From NCBI RefSeq assembly GCF_009914755.1, contig NC_060926.1: a DNA stretch of 64,000 bases; one strand, 5' to 3'. Both the position numbers and the translations under genes were made by a program. Below the pieces are notes generated by a model. It was not told where the DNA came from. It saw nothing but the letters and a program-made list of their open reading frames with translations, and ran no database searches. Below, one piece after another: positions 27,697 through 42,600 of the stretch. Source of the DNA: the human T2T-CHM13v2.0 reference genome, Homo sapiens. Within the stretch, counting starts at the first letter, position 1. The number at the start of each line of letters is the position of its first letter.

Positions 27697-30600
27697 CATT
27701 CTCAGAAGCTTCATTGGGATGTTTCAATTGAAGTCACAGTGTTGAACAGTCCCTTTCATAGAGCAGATTTGAAACACTCTTTTTGTAGTATCTGGAAGTG
27801 GACATTTGGAGCGTTCTCAGCACTACAGTGAAAAAGGAAATATCTTCCAATAAAAGCTAGATAGAAGCAATGTCAGAAAATTTTTCATGATGTATCTACT
27901 CAGCTAACAGGGTTGAACCTTTCTTTTGAGAGAGCAGTTTTGAAACACTCTTTTTGTGGAATCTGCAAGTGGATATTTGTCTAGCTTTGAGGATTTCGTT
28001 GGAAACGGGATTACATATAAAAAGCAGACAGCAGCATTCCCAGAAACTTCTTTGTGATATTTGCATTCAAGTCACAGACTTGAACATTCCCTTCCATAGA
28101 GCGGGTTTGAAACACTCTTTTTGTAGTATCTGGATGTGGACATTTGGAGCGCTTTCAGGCCTATGGTGAAAAAGGAAATATCTTCCCCTGAAAACTAGAC
28201 AGTAGCATTCTCAGAAACTTATTTGTGATGTGCGCCCTCAACTAACAGTGTTAAACCTTTCTTTTGATAGAGTAGTTTTGAAACACACTTTTTGTAAAAT
28301 CTGCAAGAGGATATTTGGATAGCTTTGAGGATTTCGTTGGAAACGGGATTGTCTTCATATAAACTGTAGACAGTAGCATTCTCAGAAGCTTCATTGGGAT
28401 GTTTCAACTGAAGTCACAGTGTTGAACAGTCCCTTTCATAGAGCAGGTTTGAAACACTCTTTTTGTAGTATCTGGAAGTGGACATTTGGAGCGCTCTCAG
28501 GACTACGGTGAAAAAGGAAATATCTTCCAATAAAAGCTAGATAGAAGCAATGTCAGAAACTTTTTCATGATGTATCTACTCAGCTAACAGAGTTGAACCT
28601 TCATTTGAGAGAGCAGTTTTGGAACACTCTTTTTGTGGAATGTGCAAGTGGATATTTGTCTAGCTTTGAGGATTTCGTTGGAAACGGGATTACATATAAA
28701 AAGCAGACAGCAGCATTCCCAGAAACTTCTTTGTGATGTTTGCATTCAAGTCACAGAGTTGAACATTCCCTTTCATAGAGCAGGTTTGAAACACTCTTTT
28801 TGTAGTATCTGGATGTGGACATTTGCAGCGCTTTCAGGCCTAAGGTGAAAAAGGAAATATCTTCCCCTGAAAAATAGACAGAAGCATTCTCAGAAACTTA
28901 TTTGTGATGTGCGCCCTCAACTAGCAGTGTTGAAGCTTTCTTTCGATAGAGCAGTTTTGAAACACTCTTTTTGTAATATCTGCAAGAGGATATTTGGATA
29001 GCTTTGAGGATTTCGTTGGAAACGGGATTGTCTTCATATAAACTCTAGACAGAAGCATTCTCAGAAGCTTCATTGGGATGTTTCAATTGAAGTCACAGTG
29101 TTGAACAGTTCCTTTCATAGAACAGGTTTGAAACACTCTTTTTGTAGTATCTGGAAGTGGACATTTGGAGCGCTCTCAGGACTATGGTGAAAAAGGAAAT
29201 ATCTTCCAATAAAAGCTACATAGAAGCAATGTCAGAAACTTTTTCATGATGTATCTACTCAGCTAACAGAGTTGAACCTTTCTTTTGAGAGAACAGTTTT
29301 GAAACACTCTTTTTGTGGAGTCTGCAAGTGGATATTTGTCTAGCTTTGAGGATTTCGTTGGAATCGGGATTACATATAAAAAGCAGACAGCAGCATTCCC
29401 AGAAACTTCTTTGTGATATTTGCATTCAAGTCACAGACTTGAACATTCCCTTTCATAGAGCAGGTTTGAAACACTCTTTTTGTAGTATCTGGATGTGGAC
29501 ATTTGGAGCGCTTTCAGGCCTATGGTGAAAAAGGAAATATCTTCCCCTGCAAACTAGACAGAAGCATTCTCAGAAACTTATTTGTGATGTGCGCCCTCAA
29601 CTAACAATGTTGAACCTTTCTGTTGATAGAGTAGTTTTGAAACACTCTTTTCGTAAAATCTGCAAGAGGATATTTGGATAGCTTTGAGGATTTCGTTGGA
29701 AACGGGATTGTCTTCATATTAACCCTAGACAGTAGCATTCTCAGAAGGTTCTTTGGGATGTTTCAATTGAAGTCACAGTGTTGAACAGTCACTTTCATAG
29801 AGCAGGTTTGAAACACTCTTTTTGTAAAATCCGCAAGAGGATATTTGGATAGCTTTGAGGATTTCGTTGGAAACGGGATTGTCTTCATATAGAATCTAGA
29901 CAGAATCATTCTCAGAAGCTTCATTGGGATGTTTCAATTGAAGTCACAGTGTTGAACAGTCCCTTTCATAGAGCAGATTTGAAACACTCTTTTTGTAGTA
30001 TCTGGAAGTGGACATTTGGAGCGTTCTCAGCACTACAGTGAAAAAGGAAATATCTTCCAATAAAAGCTAGATAGAAGCAATGTCAGAAAATTTTTCATGA
30101 TGTATCTACTCAGCTAACAGGGTTGAACCTTTCTTTTGAGAGAGCAGTTTTGAAACACTCTTTTTGTGGAATCTGCAAGTGGATATTTGTCTAGCTTTGA
30201 GGATTTCGTTGGAAACGGGATTACATATAAAAAGCAGACAGCAGCATTCCCAGAAACTTCTTTGTGATATTTGCATTCAAGTCACAGACTTGAACATTCC
30301 CTTCCATAGAGCGGGTTTGAAACACTCTTTTTGTAGTATCTGGATGTGGACATTTGGAGCGCTTTCAGGCCTATGGTGAAAAAGGAAATATCTTCCCCTG
30401 AAAACTAGACAGTAGCATTCTCAGAAACTTATTTGTGATGTGCGCCCTCAACTAACAGTGTTAAACCTTTCTTTTGATAGAGTAGTTTTGAAACACTCTT
30501 TTTGTAAAATCTGCAAGAGGATATTTGGATAGCTTTGAGGATTTCGTTGGAAACGGGATTGTCTTCATATAAACTCTAGACAGTAGCATTCTCAGAAGCT

Positions 30601-33600
30601 TCATTGGGATGTTTCAACTGAAGTCACAGTGTTGAACAGTCCCTTTCATAGAGCAGGTTTGAAACACTCTTTTTGTAGTATCTGGAAGTGGACATTTGGA
30701 GCGCTCTCAGGACTACGGTGAAAAAGGAAATATCTTCCAATAAAAGCTAGATAGAAGCAATGTCAGAAACTTTTTCATGATGTATCTACTCAGCTAACAG
30801 AGTTGAACCTTTCTTTTGAGAGAGCAGTTTTGAAACACTCTTTTTGTGGAATCTGCAAGTGGATATTTGTCTAGCTTTGAGGATTTCGTTGGAAACGGGA
30901 TTACATATAAAAAGCAGACAGCAGCATTCCCAGAAACTTCTTTGTGATGTTTGCATTCAAGTCACAGAGTTGAACATTCCCTTTCATAGAGCAGGTTTGA
31001 AACACTCTTTTTGTAGTATCTGGATGTGGACATTTGGAGCGCTTTCAGGCCTATGGTGAAAAAGGAAATATTTTCCACTGAAAACTGGACAGAAGGAGTC
31101 TCAGAAACTTATTTGTGATGTGCGCCCTCAACTAACAGTGTTGAAGCTTTCTTTTGATAGAGCAGTTTTGAAACATTCTTTTTGTAAAATCTGCAAGAGG
31201 ATATTTGGATAGCTTTGAGGATTTCGTTGGAAACGGGATTGTCTTCATATTAACCCTAGACAGTAGCATTCTCAGAAGCTTCATTGGGATGTTTCAATTG
31301 AAGTCACAGTGTTGAACAGTCCCTTTCATAGAGCAGGTTTGAAACACTTTTTTTGTAGCATCTGGAAGTGGACATTTGGAGCGTTCTCAGGACTACGGTG
31401 AAAAAGGAAATATCTTCCAATAAAGCTAGATAGAAGCAATGTCAGAAACTTTTTCATGATGCATCTACTCAGCTAAAAGGGTTGAACCTTTCTTTTGAGA
31501 GAGCAGTTTTGAAACACTCTTTTTGTGGAATCTGCAAGTGGATATTTGTCTAGCTTTGAGGATTTCGTTGGAAACGGGATTACATATAAAAAGCAGACAG
31601 CAGCATTCCCAGAAACTTCTTTGTGAAATTTGCATTCAAGTCACAGACTTGAACATTCCCTTTCATAGAGCAGGTTTGAAACACTCTTTTTGTAGTATCT
31701 GGATGTGGACATTTGGAGCGCTTTCAGGCCTATGGTGAAAAAGGAAATATCTTCTCCTGAAAACTAGACAGAAGCATTCTCAGAATCTTATTTGTGATGT
31801 GCGCCCTCAACTAACAGTGTTGAAGCTTTCTTTTGATAGAGCAGTTTTGAAACACTCTTTTCGTAAAATCTGCAAGAGGATATTTTGATAGCTTTGAGGA
31901 TTTCGTTGGAAACGGGATTGTCTTCATATAAACTCTAGACAGAAGCATTCTCAGAAGCTTCATTGGGATGTTTCAATTGAAGTCACAGTGTTGAACAGTC
32001 CCTTTCATAGAGCAGGTTTGAAACACTCTTTTTGTAGTATCTGGAAGTGGACATTTGGAGAGATCTCAGGAATACGGTGATAAAGGAAATATCTTCCAAT
32101 AAAAGCTAGATAGAAGCAATGTCAGAAACTTTTTCATGATGTATCTACTCAGCTAACAGAGTTGAACCTTTCTTTTGAGAGAGCAGTTTTGAAACACTCT
32201 TTTTGTGGAATCTGCAAGTGGATATTTGTCTAGCTTTGAGGATTTCGTTGGAAACGGGATTACATAGAAAAAGCAGACAGCAGCATTCCCAGTAACATCT
32301 TTGTGATGTTTGCATTCAAGTCACAGAGATGAACATTCCCTTTCATAGAGCAGGTTTGAAACACTCTTTTTGTAGTATCTGGATGTGGACATTTGGAGCG
32401 CTTTCAGGCCTATGGTGAAAAAGGAAATATCTTCCAATAAAAGCTAGATAGAAGCAATGTCAGAAACTTTTTCATGATGTATCTACTCAGCTAACAGAGT
32501 TGAACCTTTCTTTTGAGAGAGCAGTTTTGAAACACTCTTTTTGTGGAATCTGGAAGTGGATATTTGTCTAGCTTTGAGGATTTCGTTGGAAACGGGATTA
32601 CATATAAAAAGCAGACAGCAGCATTCCCAGTAACTTCTTTGTGATGTTTGCATTCAAGTCACAGAGTTGAACATTCCCTTTCATAGAGCAGGTTTGAAAG
32701 ACTCTTTTTGTAGTATCTGGATGTGGACATTTGGAGCGCTTTGAGGCCTATGGTGAAAAAGGAAATATCTTCCCCTGAAAACTAGACAGAAGCATTCTCA
32801 GAAACTTATTTGTGATGTGCACCCTCAACTAACAGTGTTGAAGCTTTCTTTTGACAGAGCTGTTTGAAACACTCTTTTTGTAAAATCTGCAAGAGGATAT
32901 TTGGATAGCTTTGAGGATTTCGGTGGAAACGGGATTGTCTTCATATAAACTCTAGACAGAAGCATTCTCAGAAGCTTCATTGGGATGTTTCAATTGAAGT
33001 CACAGTGTTGAACAGTCCCTTTCATAGAGCAGGTTTGAAACACTCTTTTTGTAGTATCTGGAAGTGGACATTTGGAGCGCTCTCAGGACTACGGTGATAA
33101 AGGAAATATCTTCCAATAAAAGCTAGATAGAAGCAATGTCAGAAACTTTTTCATGATGTATCTACTCGGCTAACAGAGTTGAACCTTTCTTTTGAGAGAG
33201 CAGTTTTGAAACACTCTTTTTGTGGAATCTGCAAGTGGATATTTGTCTAGCTTTGAGGATTTCGTTGGAAACGGGATTACATATAAAAAGCAGACAGCAG
33301 CATTCCCAGAATCTTCTTTGTGATGTTTGCATTCAAGTCACAGAGTTGAACATTCCCTTTCATAGTGCAGGTTTGAAACACTCTTTTTGTAGTATCTGGA
33401 TGTGGACATTTGGAGCGCTTTCAGGCCTATGGTGAAAAAGGAAATATCTTCCCCTGAAAACTAGACAGAAGCATTCTCAGAATCTTATTTGTGATGTGCG
33501 CCCTCAACTAACAGTGTTGAAGCTTTCTTTTGATAGAGCAGTTTTGAAACACTCTTTTTGTAAAATCTGCAAGAGGATATTTGGATAGCTTTGAGGATTT

Positions 33601-36600
33601 CGTTGAAAACGGGATTGTCTTCATATAAACTCTAGACAGAAGCATTCTCAGAAGCTTCATTGGGATGTTTCAATTAAAGTCACAGTGTTGAACAGTCCCT
33701 TTCATAGAGCAGGTTTGAAACACTCTTTTTGTAGTATCTGGAAGTGGACATTTGGAGCGCTCTCAGGACTGCGGTGAAAAAGGAAATATCTTCCAATAAA
33801 AGCTAGATAGAAGCAATGTCAGAAACTTTTTCATGATGTATCTACTCAGCTAACAGAGTTGAACCTTCATTTGAGAGAGCAGTTTTGAAACACTCGTTTT
33901 GTGGAATCTGCAAGTGGATATTTGTCTAGCTTTGAGGATTTCGTTGGAAACGGGATTACATATAAAAAGCAGACAGCAGCATTCCCAGAAACTTCTTTGT
34001 GATGTTTGCATTCAAGTCACAGAGTTGAACATTCCCTTTCATAGAGCAGGTTTGAAACACTCTTTTTGTAGTATCTGGATGTGGACATTTGCAGCGCTTT
34101 CAGGCCTAAGGTGAAAAAGGAAATATCTTCCCCTGAAAACTAGACAGAAGCATTCTCAGAAACTTATTTGTGATGTGCGCCCTCAACTAACAGTGTTGAA
34201 GCTTTCTTTTGATAGAGCAGTTTTGAAACACTCTTTTTGTAATATCTGCAAGAGGATATTTGGATAGCTTTGAGGATTTCGTTGGAAACGGGATTGTCTT
34301 CATATAAACTCTGGACAGAAGCATTCTCAGAAGCTTCATTGGGATGTTTCAATTGAAGTCACAGTGTTGAACAGTTCCTTTCATAGAACAGGTTTGAAAC
34401 ACTCTTTTTGTAGTATCTGGAAGTGGACATTTGGAGCGCTCTCAGGACTAAGGTGAAAAAGGAAATATCTTCCAATAAAAGCTACATAGAAGCAATGTCA
34501 GAAACTTTTTCATGATGTATCTACTCAGCTAACAGAGTTGAACCTTTCCTTTGAGAGAGCAGTTTTGAAACACTCTTTTTGTGGAATCTGCAAGTGGATA
34601 TTTGTCTAGCTTTGAGGATTTCGTTGGAAACGGGATTACATATAAAAAGCAGACAGCAGCATTCCCAGTAACTTCTTTGTGATGTTTGCATTCAAGTCAG
34701 AGAGTTGAACATTCCCTTTCATAGAGCAGGTTTGAAAGACTCTTTTTGAAGTATCTGGATGTGGACATTTGGAGCGCTTTCAGGCCTATGGTGAAAAAGG
34801 AAATATCTTCCCCTGAAAACTAGACAGAAGCATTCTCAGAAACTTATTTGTAATGTGCGCCCTCAACTAACAGTGTTGAACCTTTCTTTTGATAGAGCAG
34901 TTTTGAAACACTCTTTTTGTAATATCTGCAAGAGGATATTTGGATAGCTTTGAGGATTTCTTTGGAAACGGGACTGTCTTCATATAAACTCTAGACAGAA
35001 GCATTCTCCGAAGCTTCATTGGGATGTTTCAATTGAAGTCACAGTGTTGAACAGTCCCTTTCATAGAGCAGGTTTGAAACACTCTTTTTGTAGTATCTGG
35101 AAGTGGACATTTGGAGCGCTCTCAGGACTACGGTGATAAAGGAAATATCTTCCAATAAAAGCTAGATAGAAGCAATGTCAGAAACTTTTTCATGATGTAT
35201 CTACTCGGCTAACAGAGTTGAACCTTTCTTTTGAGAGAGCAGTTTTGAAACACTCTTTTTGTGGAATCTGCAAGTGGATATTTGTCTAGCTTTGAGGATT
35301 TCGTTGGAAACGGGATTACATATAAAAAGCAGACAGCAGCATTCCCAGAATCTTCTTTGTGATGTTTGCATTCAAGTCACAGAGTTGAACATTCCCTTTC
35401 ATAGTGCAGGTTTGAAACACTCTTTTTGTAGTATCTGGATGTGGACATTTGGAGCGCTTTCAGGCCTATGGTGAAAAAGGAAATATCTTCCCCTGAAAAC
35501 TAGACAGAAGCATTCTCAGAATCTTATTTGTGATGTGCGCCCTCAACTAACAGTGTTGAAGCTTTCTTTTGATAGAGCAGTTTTGAAACACTCTTTTTGT
35601 AAAATCTGCAAGAGGATATTTGGATAGCTTTGAGGATTTCGTTGGAAACGGGATTGTCTTCATATAAACTCTAGACAGAAGCATTCTCAGAAGCTTCATT
35701 GGGATGTTTCAATTAAAGTCACAGTGTTGAACAGTCCCTTTCATAGAGCAGGTTTGAAACACTCTTTTTGTAGTATCTGGAAGTGGACATTTGGAGCGCT
35801 CTCAGGACTGCGGTGAAAAAGGAAATATCTTCCAATAAAAGCTAGATAGAAGCAATGTCAGAAACTTTTTCATGATGTATCTACTCAGCTAACAGAGTTG
35901 AACCTTCATTTGAGAGAGCAGTTTTGAAACACTCGTTTTGTGGAATCTGCAAGTGGATATTTGTCTAGCTTTGAGGATTTCGTTGGAAACGGGATTACAT
36001 ATAAAAAGCAGACAGCAGCATTCCCAGAAACTTCTTTGTGATGTTTGCATTCAAGTCACAGAGTTGAACATTCCCTTTCATAGAGCAGGTTTGAAACACT
36101 CTTTTTGTAGTATCTGGATGTGGACATTTGCAGCGCTTTCAGGCCTAAGGTGAAAAAGGAAATATCTTCCCCTGAAAACTAGACAGAAGCATTCTCAGAA
36201 ACTTATTTGTGATGTGCGCCCTCAACTAACAGTGTTGAAGCTTTCTTTTGATAGAGCAGTTTTGAAACACTCTTTTTGTAATATCTGCAAGAGGATATTT
36301 GGATAGCTTTGAGGATTTCGTTGGAAACGGGATTGTCTTCATATAAACTCTAGACAGAAGCATTCTCAGAAGCTTCATTGGGATGTTTCAATTGAAGTCA
36401 CAGTGTTGAACAGTTCCTTTCATAGAACAGGTTTGAAACACTCTTTTTGTAGTATCTGGAAGTGGACATTTGGAGCGCTCTCATGACTAAGGTGAAAAAG
36501 GAAATATCTTCCAATAAAAGCTACATAGAAGCAATGTCAGAAACTTTTTCATGATGTATCTACTCAGCTAACAGAGTTGAACCTTTCCTTTGAGAGAGCA

Positions 36601-39600
36601 GATTTGAAACACTCTTTTTGTGGAATCTGCAAGTGGATATTTGTGTAGCTCTGAGGATTTCGTTGGAAACGGGATTACATATAAAAAGCAGACTGCAGCA
36701 TGCCCAGAAACTTCTTTGTGATGTTTGCATTCAAGTCACAGAGTTGAACATTCCCTTTCATAGAGCAGGTTTGAAACACTCTTTTTGTAGTATCTGGATG
36801 TGGACATGTGGAGCGCTTTCAGGCCTATGGTGAAAAAGGAAATATCTTCCCCTGAAAACTAGACAGAAGCATTCTCAGAATCTTATTTGTGATGTGCGCC
36901 CTCAACTAACAGTGTTGAAGCTTTCTTTTGATAGAGCAGTTTTGAAACACTCTTTTTGTAAAATCTGCAAGAGGATATTTGGATAGCTTTGAGGATTTCG
37001 TTGGAAACGGGATTGTCTTCATATAAACTCTAGACAGAAGCATTCTCAGAAGCTTCATTGAGATGTTTCAATTGAAGTCACAGTGTTGAACAGTCCCTTT
37101 CATAGAGCAGGTTTGAAACACTCTTTTTGTAGTATCTGGAAGTGGACATTTGGAGCGCTCTCAGGACTGCGGTGAAAAAGGAAATATCTTCCAATAAAAG
37201 CTAGATAGAAGCAATGTCAGAAACTTTTTCATGATGTATCTACTCAGCTAACAGAGTTGAACCTTCCTTTGAGAGAGCAGTTTTGAAACACTCTTTTTGT
37301 GGAATCTGCAAGTGGATATTTGTCTAGCTTTGAGGATTTCGTTGGAAACGGGATTACATATAAAAAGCAGACAGCAGCATTCCCAGTAACTTCTTTGTGG
37401 TGTTTGCATTCAAGTCACAGAGTTGAACATTCCCTTTCATAGAGCAGGTTTGAAACACTCTTTTTGTAGTATCTGGATGTGGACATTTGCAGCGCTTTCA
37501 GGCCTATGGTGAAAAAGGAAATATCTTCCCCTGAAAACTAGACAGAAGCATTCTCAGAATCTTATTTGTGATGTGCGCCCTCAACTAACAGTGTTGAAGC
37601 TTTCTTTTGATAGAGCAGTTTTGAAACACTCTTTTTGTAAAATCTGCAAGAGGATATTTGGATAGCTTTGAGGATTTCGTTGGAAACGGGATTGTCTTCA
37701 TATAAACTCTAGACAGAAGCATTCTCAGAAGCATCATGGGGATGTTTCAATTGAAGTCACAATGTTGAACAGTCCCTTTCATAGAGCAGGATTGAAACAC
37801 TCTTTTTGTAGTATCTGGATGTGGACATTTGAGCGCTTTCAGGCCTATGGTTTAAAAGGAAATATCTTCCCCTGAAAACTAGACAGAAGCATTCTCAGAA
37901 ACTTATTTGTGATGTGCGCCCTCAACTAACAGTGTTGAAGCATTCTTTTGATAGAGCAGTTTTGAAAGACTCTTTTTGTGGAATCTGCAAGTGGATATTT
38001 GTCTAGCTTTGAGGATTTCGTTGGAAACGGGATTACATATAAAAAGCAGACAGCAGCATTCCCAGAAACTTCTTTGTGATGTTTGCATTCAAGTCACAGA
38101 GTTGAACATTCCCTTTTATAGAGCAGGTTTGAAACACTCTTTTTGTAGTATCTGGATGTGGACATTTGGAGCGCTTTCAGGCCTATGGTGAAAAAGGAAA
38201 TATCTTCCCCTGAAAACTAGACAGAAGCATTCTCAGAAACTTATTTGTGATGTGCGCCCTCAACTAACAGTGTTGAACCTTTCTTTTGATAGAGCAGATT
38301 TGAAACACACTTTTTGTAATATCTGCAAGAGGATATTTGGACAGCTTTGAGGATTTCTTTGGAAACGGGATTGTCTTCATATAAACTCTAGACAGAAGCA
38401 TTCTCAGAAGCTTCATTGGGATGTTTCAATTGAAGTCACAGTGTTGAACAGTCCCTTTCATAGAGCAGGTTTGAAACACTCTTTTTGTAGTATCTGGAAG
38501 TGGACATTTGTAGAGATCTCAGGAATACGGTGATAAAGGAAATATCTTCCAATAAAAGCTAGATAGAAGCAATGTCAGAAACTTTTTCATGATGTATCTA
38601 CTCAGCTAACAAAGTTGAACCTTCATTTGAGAGAGCAGTTTTGAAACACTCGTTTTGTGGAATCTGCAAGTGGATATTTGTCTAGCTTTGAGGATTTCGT
38701 TGGAAACGGGATTACATATAAAAAGCAGACAGCAGCATTCCCAGAAACTTCTTTGTGATGTTTGCATTCAAGTCACAGAGTTGAACATTCCCTTTCATAG
38801 AGCAGGTTTGAAACACTCTTTTTGTAGTATCTGGATGTGGACATTTGGAGCGCTTTCAGGCCTATGGTGAAAAAGGAAATATCTTCCCCTGAAAACTAGA
38901 CAGAAGCATTCTCAGAAACTTATTTGTGATGTGCACCCTCAACTAACAGTGTTGAAGCTTTCTTTTGACAGAGCAGTTTGAAACACTCTTTTTGTAAAAT
39001 CTGCAAGAGGATATTTGGATTGCTTTGAGGATTTCGGTGGAAATGGGATTGTCTTCATATAAACTCTAGACAGTAGCATTCTCAGAAGCTTCATTGGGAT
39101 GTTTCAATTGAAGTCACAGTGTTGAACAGTCCCTTTCATAGAGCAGGTTTGAAACACTCTTTTTGTAGTATCTGGAAGTGGACATTTGGAGCGCTCTCAG
39201 GACTACGGTGAAAAAGGAAATATCTTCCAATAAAAGCTAGATAGAAGCAATGTCAGAAACTTTTTCATGATGTATCTACTCAGCTAACAGAGTTGAACCT
39301 TTTTTTTGAGAGAGCAGTTTTGAAACACTCTTTTTGTTCGATCTGCAGGTGGATATTTGTCTAGGTTTGAGGATTTCGTTGGAAACGGGATTACATATAA
39401 AAGCAGACAGCAGCATTCCCAGAAACTTCTTTGTGATGTTTGCATTCAAGTCACAGAGTTGAACATTCCCTTTCATAGAGCAGGTTTGAAACACTCTTTT
39501 TGTAGTATCTGGATGTGGACATTTGGAGCGCTCTCAGGCCTATGGTGAAAAAGGAAATATCTTCCCCTGCAAACTAGACAGAAGCATTCTCAGAAACTTA

Positions 39601-42600
39601 TTTGTGATGTGCGCCCTCAACTAACAATGTTGAACCTTTCTGTTGATAGAGTAGTTTTGAAACACTCTTTTCGTAAAATCTGCAAGAGGATATTTGGATA
39701 GCTTTGAGGATTTCGTTGGAAACGGGATTGTCTTCATATTAACCCTAGACAGCAGCATTCTCAGAATGTTCTTTGGGATGTTTCAATTGAAGTCACAGTG
39801 TTGAACAGTCACTTTCATAGAGCAGGTTTGAAACACTCTTTTTGTAAAATCCGCAAGAGGATATTTGGATAGATTTGAGGATTTCGTTGGAAACGGGATT
39901 GTCTTCATATAGAATCTAGACAGAATCATTCTCAGAAGCTTCATTGGGATGTTTCAATTGAAGTCACAGTGTTGAACAGTCCCTTTCATAGAGCAGATTT
40001 GAAACACTCTTTTTGTAGTATCTGGAAGTGGACATTTGGAGCGTTCTCAGCACTACAGTGAAAAAGGAAATATCTTCCAATAAAAGCTAGATAGAAGCAA
40101 TGTCAGAAAATTTTTCATGATGTATCTACTCACCTAACAGGGTTGAACCTTTCTTTTGAGAGAGCAGTTTTGAAACACTCTTTTTGTGGAATCTGCAAGT
40201 GGATATTTGTCTAGCTTTGAGGATTGCGTTGGAAACGGGATTACATATAAAAAGCAGACAGCAGCATTCCCAGAAACTTCTTTGTGATATTTGCATTCAA
40301 GTCACAGACTTGAACATTCCCTTCCATAGAGCGGGTTTGAAACACTCTTTTTGTAGTATCTGGATGTGGACATTTGGAGCGCTTTCAGGCCTATGGTGAA
40401 AAAGGAAATATCTTCCCCTGAAAACTAGACAGAAGCATTCTCAGAAACTTATTTGTGATGTGCGCCCTCAACTAACAGTGTTGAACTTTTCTTTTGATAG
40501 AGCAGATTTGAAACACTCTTTTTGTAATATCTGCAAGAGGATATTTCGATAGCTTTGAGGATTTCTTTGGAAACGGGATTGTCTTCATATAAACTCTAGA
40601 CAGAAGCATTCTCAGAAGCTTCATTGGGATGTTTCAATTGAAGTCACAGTGTTGAACAGTCCCTTTCATAGAGCAGGTTTGAAACACTCTTTTTGTAGTA
40701 TCTGGAAGTGGACATTTGTAGAGATCTCAGGAATACGGTGATAAAGGAAATATCTTCCAATAAAAGCTAGATAGAAGCAATGTCAGAAACTTTTTCATGA
40801 TGTATCTACTCAGCTAACAAAGTTGAACCTTCATTTGAGAGAGCAGTTTTGAAACACTCGTTTTGTGGAATCTGCAAGTGGATATTTGTCTAGCTTTGAG
40901 GATTTCGTTGGAAACGGGATTACATATAAAAAGCAGACAGCAGCATTCCCAGAAACTTCTTTGTGATGTTTGCATTCAAGTCACAGAGTTGAACATTCCC
41001 TTTCATAGAGCAGGTTTGAAACACTCTTTTTGTAGTATCTGGATGTGGACATTTGGAGCGCTTTCAGGCCTATGGTGAAAAAGGAAATATCTTCCCCTGT
41101 AAACTAGACAGAAGCATTCTCAGAAACTTATTTGTGATGTGCGCCCTCAACTAAAAGTGTTGAACCTTTCTTTTGATAGAGCAGTTTTGAAACACTCTTT
41201 TGTAAAATCTGCAAGAGGATATTTGGATAGCTTTGAGGATTTCGTTGGAAACGGGATTGTCTTCATATAGAATCTAGACAGAAGCATTCTCAGAAGCTTC
41301 ATTGGGATGTTTCAATTGAAGTCACAGTGTTGAACAGTCCCTTTCATAGAGCAGGTTTGAAACACTCTTTTTGTAGTATCTGGAAGTGGACATTTGGAGC
41401 GTTCTCAGGACTAGAGTGAAAAAGGAAATATCTTCCAATAAAAGCTAGATAGAAGCAATGTCAGAAAATTTTTCATGATGTATCTACTCAGCTAACAGAG
41501 TAGAAACTTTCTTTTGAGAGAGCAGTTTTGAAACACTCTTTTTGTGGAATCTGCAAGTGGATATTTGTCTAGCTTTGAGGATTGCGTTGGAAACGGGATT
41601 ACATATAAAAAGCAGACAGCAGCATTCCCAGAAACTTCTGTGTGATATTTGCATTCAAGTCACAGACTTGAACATTCCCTTTCATAGAGCAGGTTTGAAA
41701 CACTCTTTTTGTAGTATCTGTATGTGGACATTTGGAGCGCTTTCAGGCCTATGGTGAAAAAGGAAATATCTTCCCCTGAAAACTAGACAGAAGCATTCTC
41801 AGAAACTTATTTGTGATGTGCGCCCTCAACTAACAGTGTTGAACATTTCTTTTGATAGAGCAGTTTTGAAACACTCTTTTTGTAAAATCTGCAAGAGGAT
41901 ATTTGGATAGCTTTGAGGATTTCGTTGGAAACGGGATTGTCTTCATATAAAATCTAGACAGAAGCATTCTCAGAAGCTTCATTGGGATGTTTCAATTGAA
42001 GTCACAGTGTTGAACAGTCCCTTTCATAGAGCTGGTTTGAAACACCCTTTTTGTAGTATCTGGAAGTGGACATTTGGAGCGTTCTCAGGACTACGGTGAA
42101 AAAGGAAATATCTTCCAATAAAAGCTAGATAGAAGCAATGTCAGAAAATTTTTCATGATGTATCTACTCAGCTAACAGAGTTGAACCTTTCTTTTGACAG
42201 AGCCGTTTTGAAACACTCTTTTTTTGGAATCTGCAAGTGGATATTTGTCTAGCTTTGAGGATTTCGTTGGAAACGGGATTACATATAAAAAGCAGACAGC
42301 AGCATTCCCAGAAACTTCTTTGTGATGTTTGCATTCAAGTCACAGAGTTGAACATTCCGTTTCATAGAGCAGGTTTGAAACACTCTTTTTGTAGTATCTG
42401 GATTTGGACATTTGGAGCGCTTTCAGGCCTATGGTGAAAAAGGAAATATCTTCCACTGAAAACTAGACAGAAGTATTCTCAGAAACATATTTGTGATGTG
42501 TGCCCTCAACTAACAGTGTTGAAGCTTTCTTTTGATAGAGCAGTTTTGAAACATTCTTTTTGTAAAATCTGCAAGAGGATATTTGGATAGCTTTGAGGAT

